NCBI GenBank assembly: GCA_024679065.1
Contig: JAGIQG010000003.1
Coordinates: 40,362,001-40,426,000 of the forward strand
DNA from: Sphyrna mokarran
Taxonomy: Eukaryota
Direction: 5' to 3'
DNA length: 64,000 nucleotides
Below are positions 50,261-62,306 of this stretch, in pieces. The position numbers and the translations under genes were made by a program. Each line of letters starts with the position of its first letter. Position 1 is the stretch's first letter. The notes under the pieces were generated by a model, which searched no databases, was not told the origin of the DNA, and was given only the letters and a program-made list of their open reading frames with translations.

Positions 50261-50318
50261 CTCAACACCACATCTCTCTGAAGGAGTCAACAGCAAAGCA
50301 GACAGGGATGAAATATAG
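50104..50318 (+). CDS. KCNAB1: Voltage-gated K+ channel subunit beta-1, Kvbeta1.1-specific first coding exon (N-type inactivation domain)
   Basis: MQVSIACTDHNLKARSNEDR...ARAKFRTVAIIARSLGHFIPQHHISLKESTAKQTGMKY(R) closely matches mammalian Kvbeta1.1 as recalled (MQVSIACTEHNLK...ARAKFRTVAIIARSLG..PQHHISLKESTAKQTGMKYR); phase-2 donor AG|gtatga at 50318/50319; A at -3. Confidence 0.97.
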
Positions 50319-51714
50319 GTATGAGAAATATTCTTGTTTCACTCAGCACTTTACAGGTTTGTTCCATTGCCTATTCCAGGGAATGATTTCGCAGCTAAAG
50401 CAATAATATTATTTGTACTGATCTGTGGAGTATAATGTACTGCCCAGCACATTCAAAGGCAATTATGTTAATCATAGCCTTTGATCGCAGATCCAATAAA
50501 GTAAATGAGACTTTGTGCATTAAATTAATTACTGCTCTGCTAAAGGCTTCAAAGTGTTGCTATTCAGTACAAGAGGGTTGGATACAATATTGAAGGTTAT
50601 GTGTTCTTAATATTTCACAGATTCAGTAGTTTGTAGAATGAATGAATCTTGATGCATTACTATTTTGACTAAGTGATAGGATTTTTAAAAGTTTTCACTT
50701 TCAGGAATCATTTCACTTTGTGTATGTGTGTGTATATATATATACATGCTGTTCTCATTTAAGTACTGAATTTTCAATATTAACATATTACATTATATTG
50801 CTAAAGAGTAGTAAACAAACATCAATCTTCAGCAAAAAAAAATGCTGCAACTATGTAAAAATGTTACCCACGAATGAGAGGGTGTGTGGCTTTCTGTGAT
50901 GGGATCACAATCATGCAGGAATTCGGTGTGTGTCAGTCTGACCACTAAATATGAGCTTTTTTATTGTTTTGAATGAATTATTCTAGCAATATATTTTACA
51001 ATAGTATTGAAGCACACATATTAGATTAATAGAAATAACTTAAATTTGAATGTAGTACGTAACACAGCATACAAATCCTGTTATAATTCCTTTAATAAAT
51101 ATTTTGCTTGATCACTTCCAGCGTAATAATAAATTCCATGTTGTGATGTGTGTTAACATTCTGTTTAGCTTTCTTTCAGAAACACACGTATAAAACTTGA
51201 AGGTGGAAAACCAGAGTTGGTACAACTCAGAAGGATAGACAACCACCTTGAAGTAGTGTAGTTAGATCTTCTATACCAAAATTAATCAGAATGAAGGGAT
51301 AATCTTGCAGAAATTTTCATATGTTCATGGATCAAATTCACATTTTTACACAAGTTTAAACAGCTCTCTTCCTTAAGACAAAACTGCTTCAGAAGCAGAT
51401 TATTATTAAAAAGTAGGCCAATTGCATACCAACAAACTATAGCAGCAACTTCAGTAACCAGTGCCTGAGGAGATGCTAAATATTACATTAAAATGTTCAC
51501 ACAGTAAACTCTGTAAAAGCTTATTCTTAAAATCAGGGACTGATTTTCTATCCAGTCTCTACCTTTTATCATTTGAGCCACTGATTTAATTCCTGAATAT
51601 TTAAAACTCTGTCTTTATGTTTTGGGATTCAGTGATGTTTCTGATGTTTTGGAATCATATTCCATGATTGCATTTATTTATAATTATAACACTTGATGTC
51701 AGTGATAGATCAGC

Positions 51715-51943
51715 CAAAGAGTGGTGAACCTGTGGAACTCTTTGTCCCAGAAGGCTGTGGAGGCCAGGTCATTGAATGTCTTTAAGACAGGGGTAGGTAG
51801 GTACTTAATTAATAAGGGGATCAGGGGTTATGGGGAAAAGGCAGGAGAACGGAGATGAGAAAAGTATCAGCCATGACTGAATGACAGAGTAGGCTCAATG
51901 GGCCAAGTGGCCTAATTCTGCTCTTATGTCTTATGGTCTTATA
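51715..51943 (+). mobile_element. CR1 LINE extreme 3' fragment
   Basis: agagtggtgaacctgtggaactct ... tatgtcttatggtcttat tail. Confidence 0.85.
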
Positions 51944-52339
51944 GTTTCTGTCTTGTCTCAAAATACCCTTCCCCATTATCTCCAAACTACATGACCATCA
52001 CTCCCAGAATTTTATGTCTGAATCCCTTCCAGGCTGTCTCCTGCCTTTCTCAGTGTCTCTATTTAAAGTAACAACACTATCATTTTCACCATGATTGTCA
52101 TGCTTTATCCCTTTTTTCCTCGCTGATTGCACCTCATGATTCTCCTCCAACACCTCTCTTCCAAATCTTTCCAAATGTAGTGAGCACATCCCCAGGAATG
52201 CTTTGCCTTCTATTCGCTGAAGGGTTATCCAGCGAGTCCCTCCAAAATCTGTTTTCAGTGTCTGCCACAAACCTTTTCATCATCAGATATTCCCCACCCA
52301 CATTACCGTCCAAGGCTCAAATTATAAATTCTGCACAAC

Positions 52340-52810
52340 ATAAAAACATCAAAAATAGGAACAGAAGTAGGCAAATTCAGCTCTTTGAGCCTGCTATGCC
52401 GTTCAGTCACATCATGGCTGATTTCTCTCTCCCAGGTATCAAATCTACCTCCCCACCTTTTCCCCATATTCCCTTATCCCTTTTTTTATTATAAATATAT
52501 CTATCTTCTTCTTGAAACCATTCAATGATTCACTGTGTTCTGGGGCAGCGAGTTCCACAAATTTACCATCTTTGCGAGAAATAGTTCCTCCTCATCTCAG
52601 TTTTAAATCCAGCACTTCTCAACCTATACTTGTGATCTCTTGTTCTAGATTGCCCCACATGAGGAAACATTTGGTCTACATTTACCTTATCAATTCATTA
52701 AAAAAAATTATATGCCTCAATCAGACCTCCTTGCATTCTTCTAAACTTAAAGAGCCTCAGCCCATATTGTTCAAATCTCACCTCATATGTCAACCCTTTC
52801 ATTTCTTCAA
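52340..52810 (-). mobile_element. CR1 LINE 3' fragment
   Basis: aggaacagaagtaggc..attcagc.c.ttgagcctgct 3' UTR. Confidence 0.75.
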
Positions 52811-53010
52811 CAACCATGAAATTCTGTTCAATCCTGAGTTTAGTTTCAGGCTTTATATCTTTTAACAAGGACTGCTTACTTTCAACTCCAATGTATGACC
52901 CACTTCTATCCTTATCTTTATCCCACCACTACTGATATCCACACATGTGCTTTTGTCACACTTAACTCAATCACCCCAAGGCTCACCTCCATTTCAAAAT
53001 CGCATTTTGA

Positions 53011-53331
53011 GTGGCACGGCGGCACAGTGGTTAGCACTGCTGCCTCAAAGCCCCAAGAACCCGGGTTCAATTTGGACCTTGAGTGACTATGTGGAGTTTG
53101 CAAGTTCTTCCCATGACTGCATGGTTTTCCTTTGGGTGCTCTGGTTTCCTCCCGTAGTCCAAAGATAAGCAGGTTAGGTGCATTGGCCATGCTAAGTTGC
53201 CCTTTAGTGTCCCAGGATGTGTAGGTTAGATGAAATTAGTCATGAGAAATGTGTGTGGAATTACAGGGATAGGATGAGCAGAGAGCCTGGGGAACGTACT
53301 CTTTCAAATAGCTGGTGCATTCTATTCTATG
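53011..53331 (+). mobile_element. HE1-type V-SINE
   Basis: ggcacggcggcacagtggttagcactgctgcctc head, V domain, ttctattctatga end. Confidence 0.9.
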
Positions 53332-55299
53332 AAGAAAGCTTTGCTGTGCATATCCCATGCTACATTAGATCCATTATCCTTGTCCTTGCTAACCTACATT
53401 GGTTCCCCATTTCCTCTACATTAAATTTAATTTCATCCTAATTTTTAAATATGTCTCCAATCTATTTCTTTCATCTCCTCTAGTTTTATAAAATTCCCTC
53501 ATAGAAACACAGAACTGGTGCAGTGCAGAAGGGGGACATTCAATCAATCGTACCTGCAATGGCTCTATAATTCATTTTATGCCATTCTCCAGCTTTCTCC
53601 TCATAACTCTACATGTTTTTCCTCTTCAAGGGGCAGTCTAATTCCCTTTTGAATGCCTCAATTGAACCTACCTTCACCATACTCTCAAACAGTGCACTCC
53701 AGGTTGCAACCATTTGCTTGTTGCCCCGTCAACTATCTTGGCCCTACATTCTGGAATTCTCTCCTTTTTGCCACATTGTTTTTGCAAACATTTTAAAATC
53801 CACCTTTTTGAACAAGACTTCAGTCACATCTCTTAACTTCTTCCTTTCTACTGGATATCTGTTTTCTGCACTTATGCTAGTAAAGTACAGTAGGATACCT
53901 TTCATTGCTTTATGTTGCCAGTGGGTGAGGCATTGTTGGAAAATTACCAACAATAAATTCAAATTTTATTACATTTTTATTGATTTGATGATGATTCTTT
54001 TAGGACATTTTGCCAGCATTTTGGGGCCCACATTCTGTAATTCCAATAATTCATCAGTGAAAATCATAGCTTGCTGAATTTAGTATTTAGCATAACGATG
54101 TTAGTAATATAGGAGAAATATCTCTTGTAGAAGACTATTAAGAATATTGCTTGAACTCTGACTACCGAAGTGCACAAATAATGCCCAGCCTTGTTTAATT
54201 TTTTTGAAGCTATTGCTTAAAAACCAAGAGCTATTATTCTAAGTCATTTGGCATTCTGTAAAGAACAGCAATATCGTAGAACATTTTCAGCATCATGCAC
54301 TGAAATTTTTATGCATCACTTTTCACTATTAATGTTGAAAAAGTGACCATTCTTACTTGTGAACCTATATATTCATTTCAATTGAGGAACTAAACTTTCA
54401 TTTTTCATTTATTTATGTAATTAATCCCTTTGGCACTTAAAGTATGTGTTGATGTTGTATCATAATTGACTTGAAACTCTTTATATCATCAAATTAACTG
54501 CCCCCTAACTTGCAATCCACCATTTGTAGCTTTCTTCCCAATCTGTTTAGCCCATTCAAATAGGTTACATCCAATTTGTAGTGTTAAACACTTTCCACTA
54601 ATTAGTGTATGACTTAAGCATTTATCATTGTTCCATTAATCTTTAAGAACTCATAAAAATCTTTCTCATCTTATTACAAAGCAAAATATTCTGAACACCT
54701 CCATTCCTTTGTTGACTATCTATTATGAGGGCATTATATTAGTTACATCCAACTAATAATAATCATGAATTATGAGGACAATAGTCTCTACTTTAGATCC
54801 TAATTAATAATCAAGTGACTAATGACTGAGAAACTCTATTAAACAACTAAGATGTGATGAACAGATCATTGTGTAATAATGTGTAACATGACATAGTCAA
54901 GCCACTTTATTGATTACTACCAAAGAACATCTTGACCAGAATTGTATTTTTTGTATTTTATAAGAAGGATTTTTAGAGATGACATTTCTTTACAAAAAAA
55001 ATCCTCAAATAATCATTTTACTCTAATTAGAGGTTTAAATCTCTGGCTAGTTCCTTCATACCTGGACTGATTATTGATTTTTAAACCAATATTGATAAAG
55101 TGAAACACTATTCAAATAGTATATGTGATGAACAACATCACAAAAGTTTGAAGTGTGATGATGTGTGTTATTAATATATTTTATGTTTGATGCAGTGATT
55201 TTTTTTACAAGCAGTCAGTTTGTTTGGGAAAATACACAGCTCAGATGCTGATGAAGCAGGATAATTTTAGCTAGGAATGTATTATTTTGTAGAATTAAT

Positions 55300-55830
55300 G
55301 GGCTGGTATTTTAGACTAGGTATACAGAGTCATGTGAGTTTTTGGTGAGGTTGATTGACAGGAATATATAATGATGTTAATTATGTCATTATAGGAGGAG
55401 CAAGGTTTGTAGCAAGGGTTCTGTGCTGGTTTTAGTTTCAATTTTAAAGTGGAGTTCTTGCTGGGAATTGCTTGAAAACAAAGGTCTTTGATAGCTCCAA
55501 GACGATTACCAAAGATTAAAATAAGTATGTTTTGCTAACTGTGTTTAAAATGTGTTTTAAGTCTATAAGAGCAATATTTTTTATTTGGAACTGATATAGT
55601 GATAAGTTGGAACATTGAATTTCTTCCTTTCATTTTAAGCATTGTTCAGCTGTTAAAGGTTAAACTAATTCATTTGCTATAGTTAAATTGTATTGATAAA
55701 TAAAGTTTGTTTTGATAACATCTCCCTAGTTGGTCAGTAGAATCGTGCCTGGAGTGAAAAATCTTCTCTTTATATTTATGCCAAAAAAATGTTGAAGTGT
55801 AATCTGGCTTCTTAACATACCTTGGGGTTC
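55300..55830 (+). mobile_element. Possible degenerate solo LTR
   Basis: aataaagtttg...cctggagtgaa...ataccttggggtt..gatctg resembles recalled shark Gypsy LTR U5 ends. Confidence 0.35.
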
Positions 55831-57269
55831 CGATCTGTCATCCTGAGAATGACAGGTTTATCCAAGACATCAGATTTATCCATTCATACCATTCAGTGTC
55901 AATCCAAATCAATATATAGATTCAATTGTATCCATTGGAATATTATGTTTCTGTTGTTTTTGGATACAGTGGACTTGATCTGTCTGTTTAAATAATAGCA
56001 TTACAAGAAGCACTCCTTTATTATTCTGTTGTATGTCATTTCAGGGTCGACATATTTAGCACATTACGTCATTAAGCTTCTTTTATGCTAATGTCAAGGC
56101 AAGTTAAATAAATCCGTGATTTGCACAATATCTACACAGAGATTGTGATGGAAGCATGGGCAAATATCCTGGTTGTGCAATTTTTTTTCTAAAGTGGGTA
56201 TGGTACCCAGAATATTTTCTAATTTAATGCAGCAGCAGAATTTTACAATCATTTCTGATGACTAATGAAATAACTCATGGAACTGAAAATAAATTCTATT
56301 GATGTTTGAGTATTTTTTCTAAATGTCACTATGTTGGGGAGCATCAGTGAAGTGTGGTTTATGTTTTTGCAGTGAACGTGTGATCTTTGTGGAAGTAATT
56401 TTGATTACATTATTTAATAATAAATGTTTTTTTCCATGTTTGGTTATCAATGTGTTTTACTGTCATTCCTTATTTTCCTGCTATAATTTTAAGGTATGTG
56501 GCATAATTTTGATGGCTGCTACATGTTAATATGAGATGGTGCAGGAAAATAGTATAAACTACTTCCAAAGTAGGGATTTAAAGCAAGCTCTGATTTTTTT
56601 CTGTTGCAGTTACTTGAAATTTATTGGGCAAGATTCTGTGAGTCCATTTGCTGCATGTGCAAATTAGTTATGGCTGTGAAATTTCATGGGAGGATAAGAA
56701 CAGGACTTCAGCCAGTGACATCTTGGGTTGAGACAGTTCCAGCCCTGTTCTGTCTTCCAATGGTTAAATAATCAGGCTCATAAAAGATTCAGAAAGGATG
56801 TGAACTTGATTACCATGGATTTACATATATTTAAATATTATGAAAAGGCTTATGCTGTATTGTCCGGCTCTGTGGAATGCTTTCCCACTGGTGTGATATC
56901 ATGGAAATGAAAACTAGTCGAGAAGACCACGCTGACTGCAGAGGTGCCTCGAGAGTCTCAGAGTTTGAGGGCCAGTGCACTCAGGTGGGCATTGTCAATA
57001 GGCTATCCTTCTCTATTATAGCAGTTCCCCTTATGTGTGGTGGAGGGGGAGAGGAATGCTGCTGAGTACTGTGTGCGCGTGCGGAGTGGGTGGAGGGAAA
57101 GAAAGAGCATTCCCTGATCCTTCTGCATTGAAGGGGAGGTGGCAGCACGAGACTTATGGTGGGGGGGTGCTCCATGGCATTTTTTTTGGTAAAATTCCAT
57201 GCATTGCATTTATATATTGTACTTTATCAAATTGAAGATCACAAAGTTCTTCTGTTACACAGAAAACAG

Positions 57270-57660
57270 CATCCCATCCACAAACATGCACTTCCTGCAT
57301 CACCAGTGCACAGTGATGGCAGTGTATACCATTGACAAGATGCACTGCAGAAATTCACCAAGGCCTAATTGACAACATCTTCCAAACCCACAACCATTAC
57401 CATCCAGAAGGATAGGGACGACAGACACATGGAAATGCCATCATCTGGAAGTTCAACGCAAAGCCACTTGCCACCCTGACTAGGAACTATATCGCCATTC
57501 CAGCACTTGCTGGATCAAAACCTGGAGCTCATTCTTAAAGACATGATGAGTCTATCTATAACATTTGGATTGCAGCAGTTCAAGAAAGAAGCTCATCACA
57601 CCCTTCTCGAGCAATAAATGTTGGTCTAACTAGAACACCCATGTCCCTTAAATGAATAAA
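57270..57660 (+). mobile_element. L2/CR1-group LINE 3' fragment
   Basis: gcagtgtataccat..acaagatgcactgcag...gcagttcaagaa...gcaataaatg. Confidence 0.75.
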
Positions 57661-59972
57661 GATAACTACTGAGCACATGGTGCATTCTACAAAACAATGC
57701 CTTCTAAATTTTTATTGTAAGGGAGTAATTTTAGTCAGGAATAGTCCTTTGGGATTTTTCACTACAATAGGCAGATAGAATTTTGGTTTAACATGATATC
57801 TGACAAACCAGTTCACTTTATCAAATGCATTGTCTTGTTAGTTTAAATTGTACTTCAAACATGACATGAGGTTTATACCCAGAGGTGCAAGTGTTCAATT
57901 GTAAGTCAAATTTACCATACAAGTGATTATTAGCAGTGTAATTATTTATTAGAAATTCTGCCATGCATTGTACTTCTCTGTGGCTAAAGATCGCTTCCCA
58001 TGTGGGATAAGTATAACTTGTTTAGAAATTTCTGGTGTTGCAAAGTCATTATGTAAAGGAGCCTTTTAGACATATGATACATAAAGAAATCTTTTAGACA
58101 CAATACATGAAGCATTCTCTTAGTAACAAACATTTTCTCCTTAATATCTTGCGTAACATTTTTTGGACAGACACTGTTGGACCCAAGATTTTGAAAAGTT
58201 TCTTTGGAGAATGTCAAGAGTATCACTTCGAGGATTCTTCAGTAACTCCTGCTAAGGGCATCTGAACTGAAAAAACATAAAAAACTGAAAACAACAAGGG
58301 GTTTCAAGGCAAAAATGTTTTTAATCACATTCACATTATACTGCATTTGAAATGCTCACACCCATAGCATTTTGACAATCATACATACATACATAGCTGT
58401 TTTGTAGACAGAACAGATGTGAAAATTAATTCTATCAAAGGTTTCAACTCATTTAATGAATCCAGGTTTCCAAAGAATTAATGGACACAACCTCCAAATA
58501 TCAATTGTGATGTAAGGCATCATGAGTACAAGACACCTAAAATATTTAAAGGAAATGAATTATTTTCTTTTGGATCCTTACTGCTTGTGTTCCAAAGTTG
58601 ATTTTTCATAATGATTCATATTTGTTCTTGCAGAGTGAAAATGCTGACAGTTGTGAAGTGTTGGTGCCTTCCATGGCCAAGTTCTGTAAGAGGCCATGTT
58701 TTCAATTGCGCTGGGAACATTGATAGATTGAAAAATATCTGTCTACCCTTGGTTTGAAAATTGACAATAGAATGATATATTTTTTTCACATCATTGTCAC
58801 TATAAGAGGTTCATTTTTTCTTTCACTTTGTTTGTTTTCAATGGTCACTTCAGGAACAGTTTTCTTAACCAAAGTTTTCTTTTTAGAAAAATTATTACAG
58901 TCTCGATTTTATAGGTGTAACACAGCACAACTGTCAGCATTCATATCACTGTTCGGTGAAAACAATGAAAAGTTCTGATGTCTTGATATGCGAAACTAAT
59001 AGATTACTGACTGTGATTTCCTGCTCCTTCATGGGGAGTGCTGTTAAAATCCTTGCAGAGGGAAATCAACTAGAAATCACTGAATTGACGTGAGCTTCCA
59101 CTTTTTGCGCTCTCTTCTTGCTGTTAAAAAACCCCAAGAAGGTTATGCTTTGTTAAATAATGAGTAATTGAGTTTTAAATGAATGAGTTGGTCATAATCA
59201 TGGTCAAACAATTCCTTGGATCTGAAAGACAAATTTTACATTTGTAGAATGTCAAATTTCTTAATTTCATGATAACAATTACATTGGTTTTAAAATAATA
59301 CAAGCTAATTTTAATTTAGAAATTGTTTTGACATTACTACTTCCACCTTAATCTTAAACATATGCTGTGATCTATCTTCAGTCTCTGTAAACTCTGTAAA
59401 CTAAGTAACAAGTAAAAGATTATCTCTACGTTTTACTTCCTGGTTTGCTGCTTAGCCTACCTGATGACACCTCTGTAGCTGGATGCCAGAGATCCCCTGT
59501 CGCTGGCACTAAATAAATTCACATTAGTGAATTTGCAGCCTATGCCACTGAGCTTGCTGGATCTTTGAGTGTAGCTTTCTTTCAGATTGGAGGTGAGCAC
59601 TGTCACATTGCTGCTGACTGCAGTATCTGGAGCTATGAAGTTGATTCAGAAGAATGAACTTTTCCACTACTTTTGTTACACATTTCAAGTTCCAGTTCGT
59701 GAGTAAATTAGCAGCATGTTAATGAGGCCTCTCAGAGTGAAAACGGCTTGACAAAGTTACATATATGAAACCTCCTGGAATTCCCAAATATAAAATTCTA
59801 CATCAAAATGAGAACAATTGCATGTGGTTATTTTACTGTACATGAATTCAAATCCCAACACTGCAGCCAAGAAATTTAAGTTAGTTGTTTAATTAAATAT
59901 GGAATAAAAAGTGGATTAATAGTGTGATATGTCATAATGTGAATACTTCTCCTTTAACCATAACTATCTTTT

Positions 59973-60290
59973 CATAAAATCATAGAATCCCTACAGTTCA
60001 GTAGAATGCCATTCAGCCCATTAAGGTTGCACCAGCAATAATCCGACCCCAGCCCTATCACCATAACCTGATTTACCCTGCTAGCCCCCTATCATTAAGT
60101 GTCAATTTAGCATAGCCAATCAACATAACCTGCACAACTTTGGAATGTGGGAGGAAACCGGAATACCTGGAAAAAACCCATGCAGGCATGGGGAGAACAT
60201 GCAAACTCAGAACACAGACAGTGACCCGAAGCCAGAATTGAACTCAGGTCCCTTGCGCTGTGAAACAGCACTGCTAGCCACTGTGCCATC
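59973..60290 (-). mobile_element. HE1-type V-SINE
   Basis: catagaatccctacagt tail; gccactgtgcca head (reverse). Confidence 0.9.
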
Positions 60291-60463
60291 CCATTTATAA
60301 CAGCTGTTTAGGTGGTTAAGTGCATATGGTAGGACCTTTTTTTAAATCTCTCTCTCAACCTGTATGACAAAGAAGGATGCATTCTATGATGACTAGTACC
60401 CAATTTGTTACAATTCTGGATGAGGTAGCCCGAAATTGTTATGTTCTTCGGTGAGGGGCGGCA

Positions 60464-60487
60464 GGGGGGGGGGGGGGGGGGGGGGGG
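60464..60487 (+). repeat. G24 homopolymer
   Basis: 24 consecutive G. Confidence 0.9.
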
Positions 60488-61407
60488 TGGTAAGCATTAG
60501 TCAACCTGCTCAGTTGCTCACACATGATTGAAAAGGATCCTTTTCCTCTTGGATACCTTTTCCCAATCCAAATGTATAATGCCTTAGAAAAAGCCAATTT
60601 AACCTGAATTTCTTGAGTTAGAGAAGGGTGAGTCTATCAGTAACCAAGACCTGAGAAGAAAATAATAAAAACAGAATGTACATTACATACATTATAAATG
60701 AGAAGTATGTCCAAAAGTAAAAATCAAAATAATTTATGTATCAGTGTTTGGCTTGTCCATGATGAGTAGAGGTTAAAAGGTTATGGTCATTAAGTTGAAT
60801 GATTCCAGTATCACTGATTTTGGCAGTTGAGCAGTCCATTTGGAGATTTTTGGTTCTACAGTTTAGCTGAAGGAAGTTGTCTTAGATCCTTTTTGACGGT
60901 GGCTTTGATGACTTCTGACTAATTCCAGCAATCAGAAAGCGAGATTCTTTTATCCTGCAGCACAGAGTTACCTCGTTCTTCAGCTGTGACCTTCACACCT
61001 CACATTAGCACAGTAGAACGAGAAGATTAGACTGGCATCCAAGGTTACAGTTCATTTTTAACCCATTTTCTCCTGTATTCTTGGAAGGGGAAAATACATA
61101 AACATGCTTTTCATCCAGAACTGCTTTCTTTGGACTTGCATCATGTCCATAGTCTGGAGTGTAATTCTCAGGTGATGGTTTCAGCTGAGATAACTCAACT
61201 TTTATTAGCTCCACAGGAAATTATAGTTCAGTTCTTGTGTTGTATTGAAGTGTTGCTGTCTGAAAAAGGTGCAGCGTTCCATTCTGTCTAGACAATTGAT
61301 CAAATGTAATCCATATAGGAATTCTAGCAAGTGTTTACAGTCTCTGCCATTTTTTGCTTATATGTCCTTTTTTGTAGAAAAGTACACTTCTTACTAAAAA
61401 ATTCAAT

Positions 61408-61512
61408 GGGTGGGATTTTCCCACCCAAAGTCAATGGACCATTAAATAGTCTGGTAAATTTTCCCTCCCATCCATTATGATTCTCAGTGGGTGAGATGGG
61501 AAAATTCTGCCC
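61408..61512. mobile_element. Harbinger-type MITE (105 bp)
   Basis: TIRs gggtgggattttccca / tgggaaaattctgccc; 3-bp AAT direct repeat on both sides. Confidence 0.75.
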
Positions 61513-62259
61513 AATATGTCCCAAAGTAATTTGGGGCTATGATTCATTGTCATGACAATTCACACCCACTGAACTTGAGTATTCAGCCTGATAAGCCAAC
61601 ATTCAAACCAGTGCTCTGGTCTTCACTTGTCAGAACTTGTTATGGTTTTTGAGTCCTGTATCTTTTGACTCAGATGTGTGATTCTGACGCTTAAGCTAAA
61701 GCTTTGCTCCTGTTTACTCACTATGGCAGCATTACAAATCACTCGGGTGTCTAACAAACTAAATGGATAGAAAGTGCAGCAAGCGTTTCTGGATGTTTTA
61801 ATCACAGAAAAGTGGCCAATGTGCCTGTTGGGCTACGGACTTAATATCTACACTTTGGGGCATTCAATGATGCTTGAAGTTTATCCTGAGGTTGCAATTG
61901 TTCAATTTTTTGGTGAGTTTCCTCCCAAATTTATTTAACATTTTTCTTGTGTTACAATTCTTTGAATATTCATAACTGTTTATTCATCAGTTTGAATGTG
62001 AATTGGCATTCTGAAACAGAACTGATGGGACCACATGGGAGCCTGGTTTTGAAGTGCAAGAAAATTTATGCAGTATTCTTTGAAGTGTATTAGTTACAGA
62101 TTCAGAAGAAACACAGCTTGAATCTGAGCGAGGGGCACAATGTCTGCCACTGCACTGTGGGACTGTGATTGGTGCTATTCATTAAGATTGTTTTTCTACA
62201 AGTATGGAATGTTTCCTGTTTGTGTCGTTAGTCCTTTCCTTTGCTGCATTTGGCAACAG

Positions 62260-62306
62260 CCTGCGCAAGAACTACCGTAAGAATAAGATGCTGAGAAAGC
62301 TGAAAG
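62260..62306 (+). CDS. Candidate 47-nt alternative KCNAB1 exon, (S)LRKNYRKNKMLRKLK(G)
   Basis: Pyrimidine tract plus CAG acceptor, AAG|gtaaag donor; only one open frame (phase 2 in, phase 1 out), which is the frame handed over by the 50318 donor; coding-like codons with retained CpGs. Confidence 0.5.

Noticed and set aside
50319-50406. ORF-track extension of KCNAB1 to 100 aa
   Set aside because: Intron read-through past the conserved AG|gtatga donor
50400-50580. Identity with the Shh ZRS limb enhancer
   Set aside because: No match to the ZRS as I recall it, and the host gene is KCNAB1, not LMBR1
53613-54077. 154-aa ORF
   Set aside because: Spans CR1 and L2-like repeat remnants; no coding features
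61005-61262. Minus-strand ORF (ELIKVELSQLKPSPENY...) with a nearby ttttcag acceptor as an antisense exon
   Set aside because: All frames from the acceptor hit stops quickly and I recognise no homology
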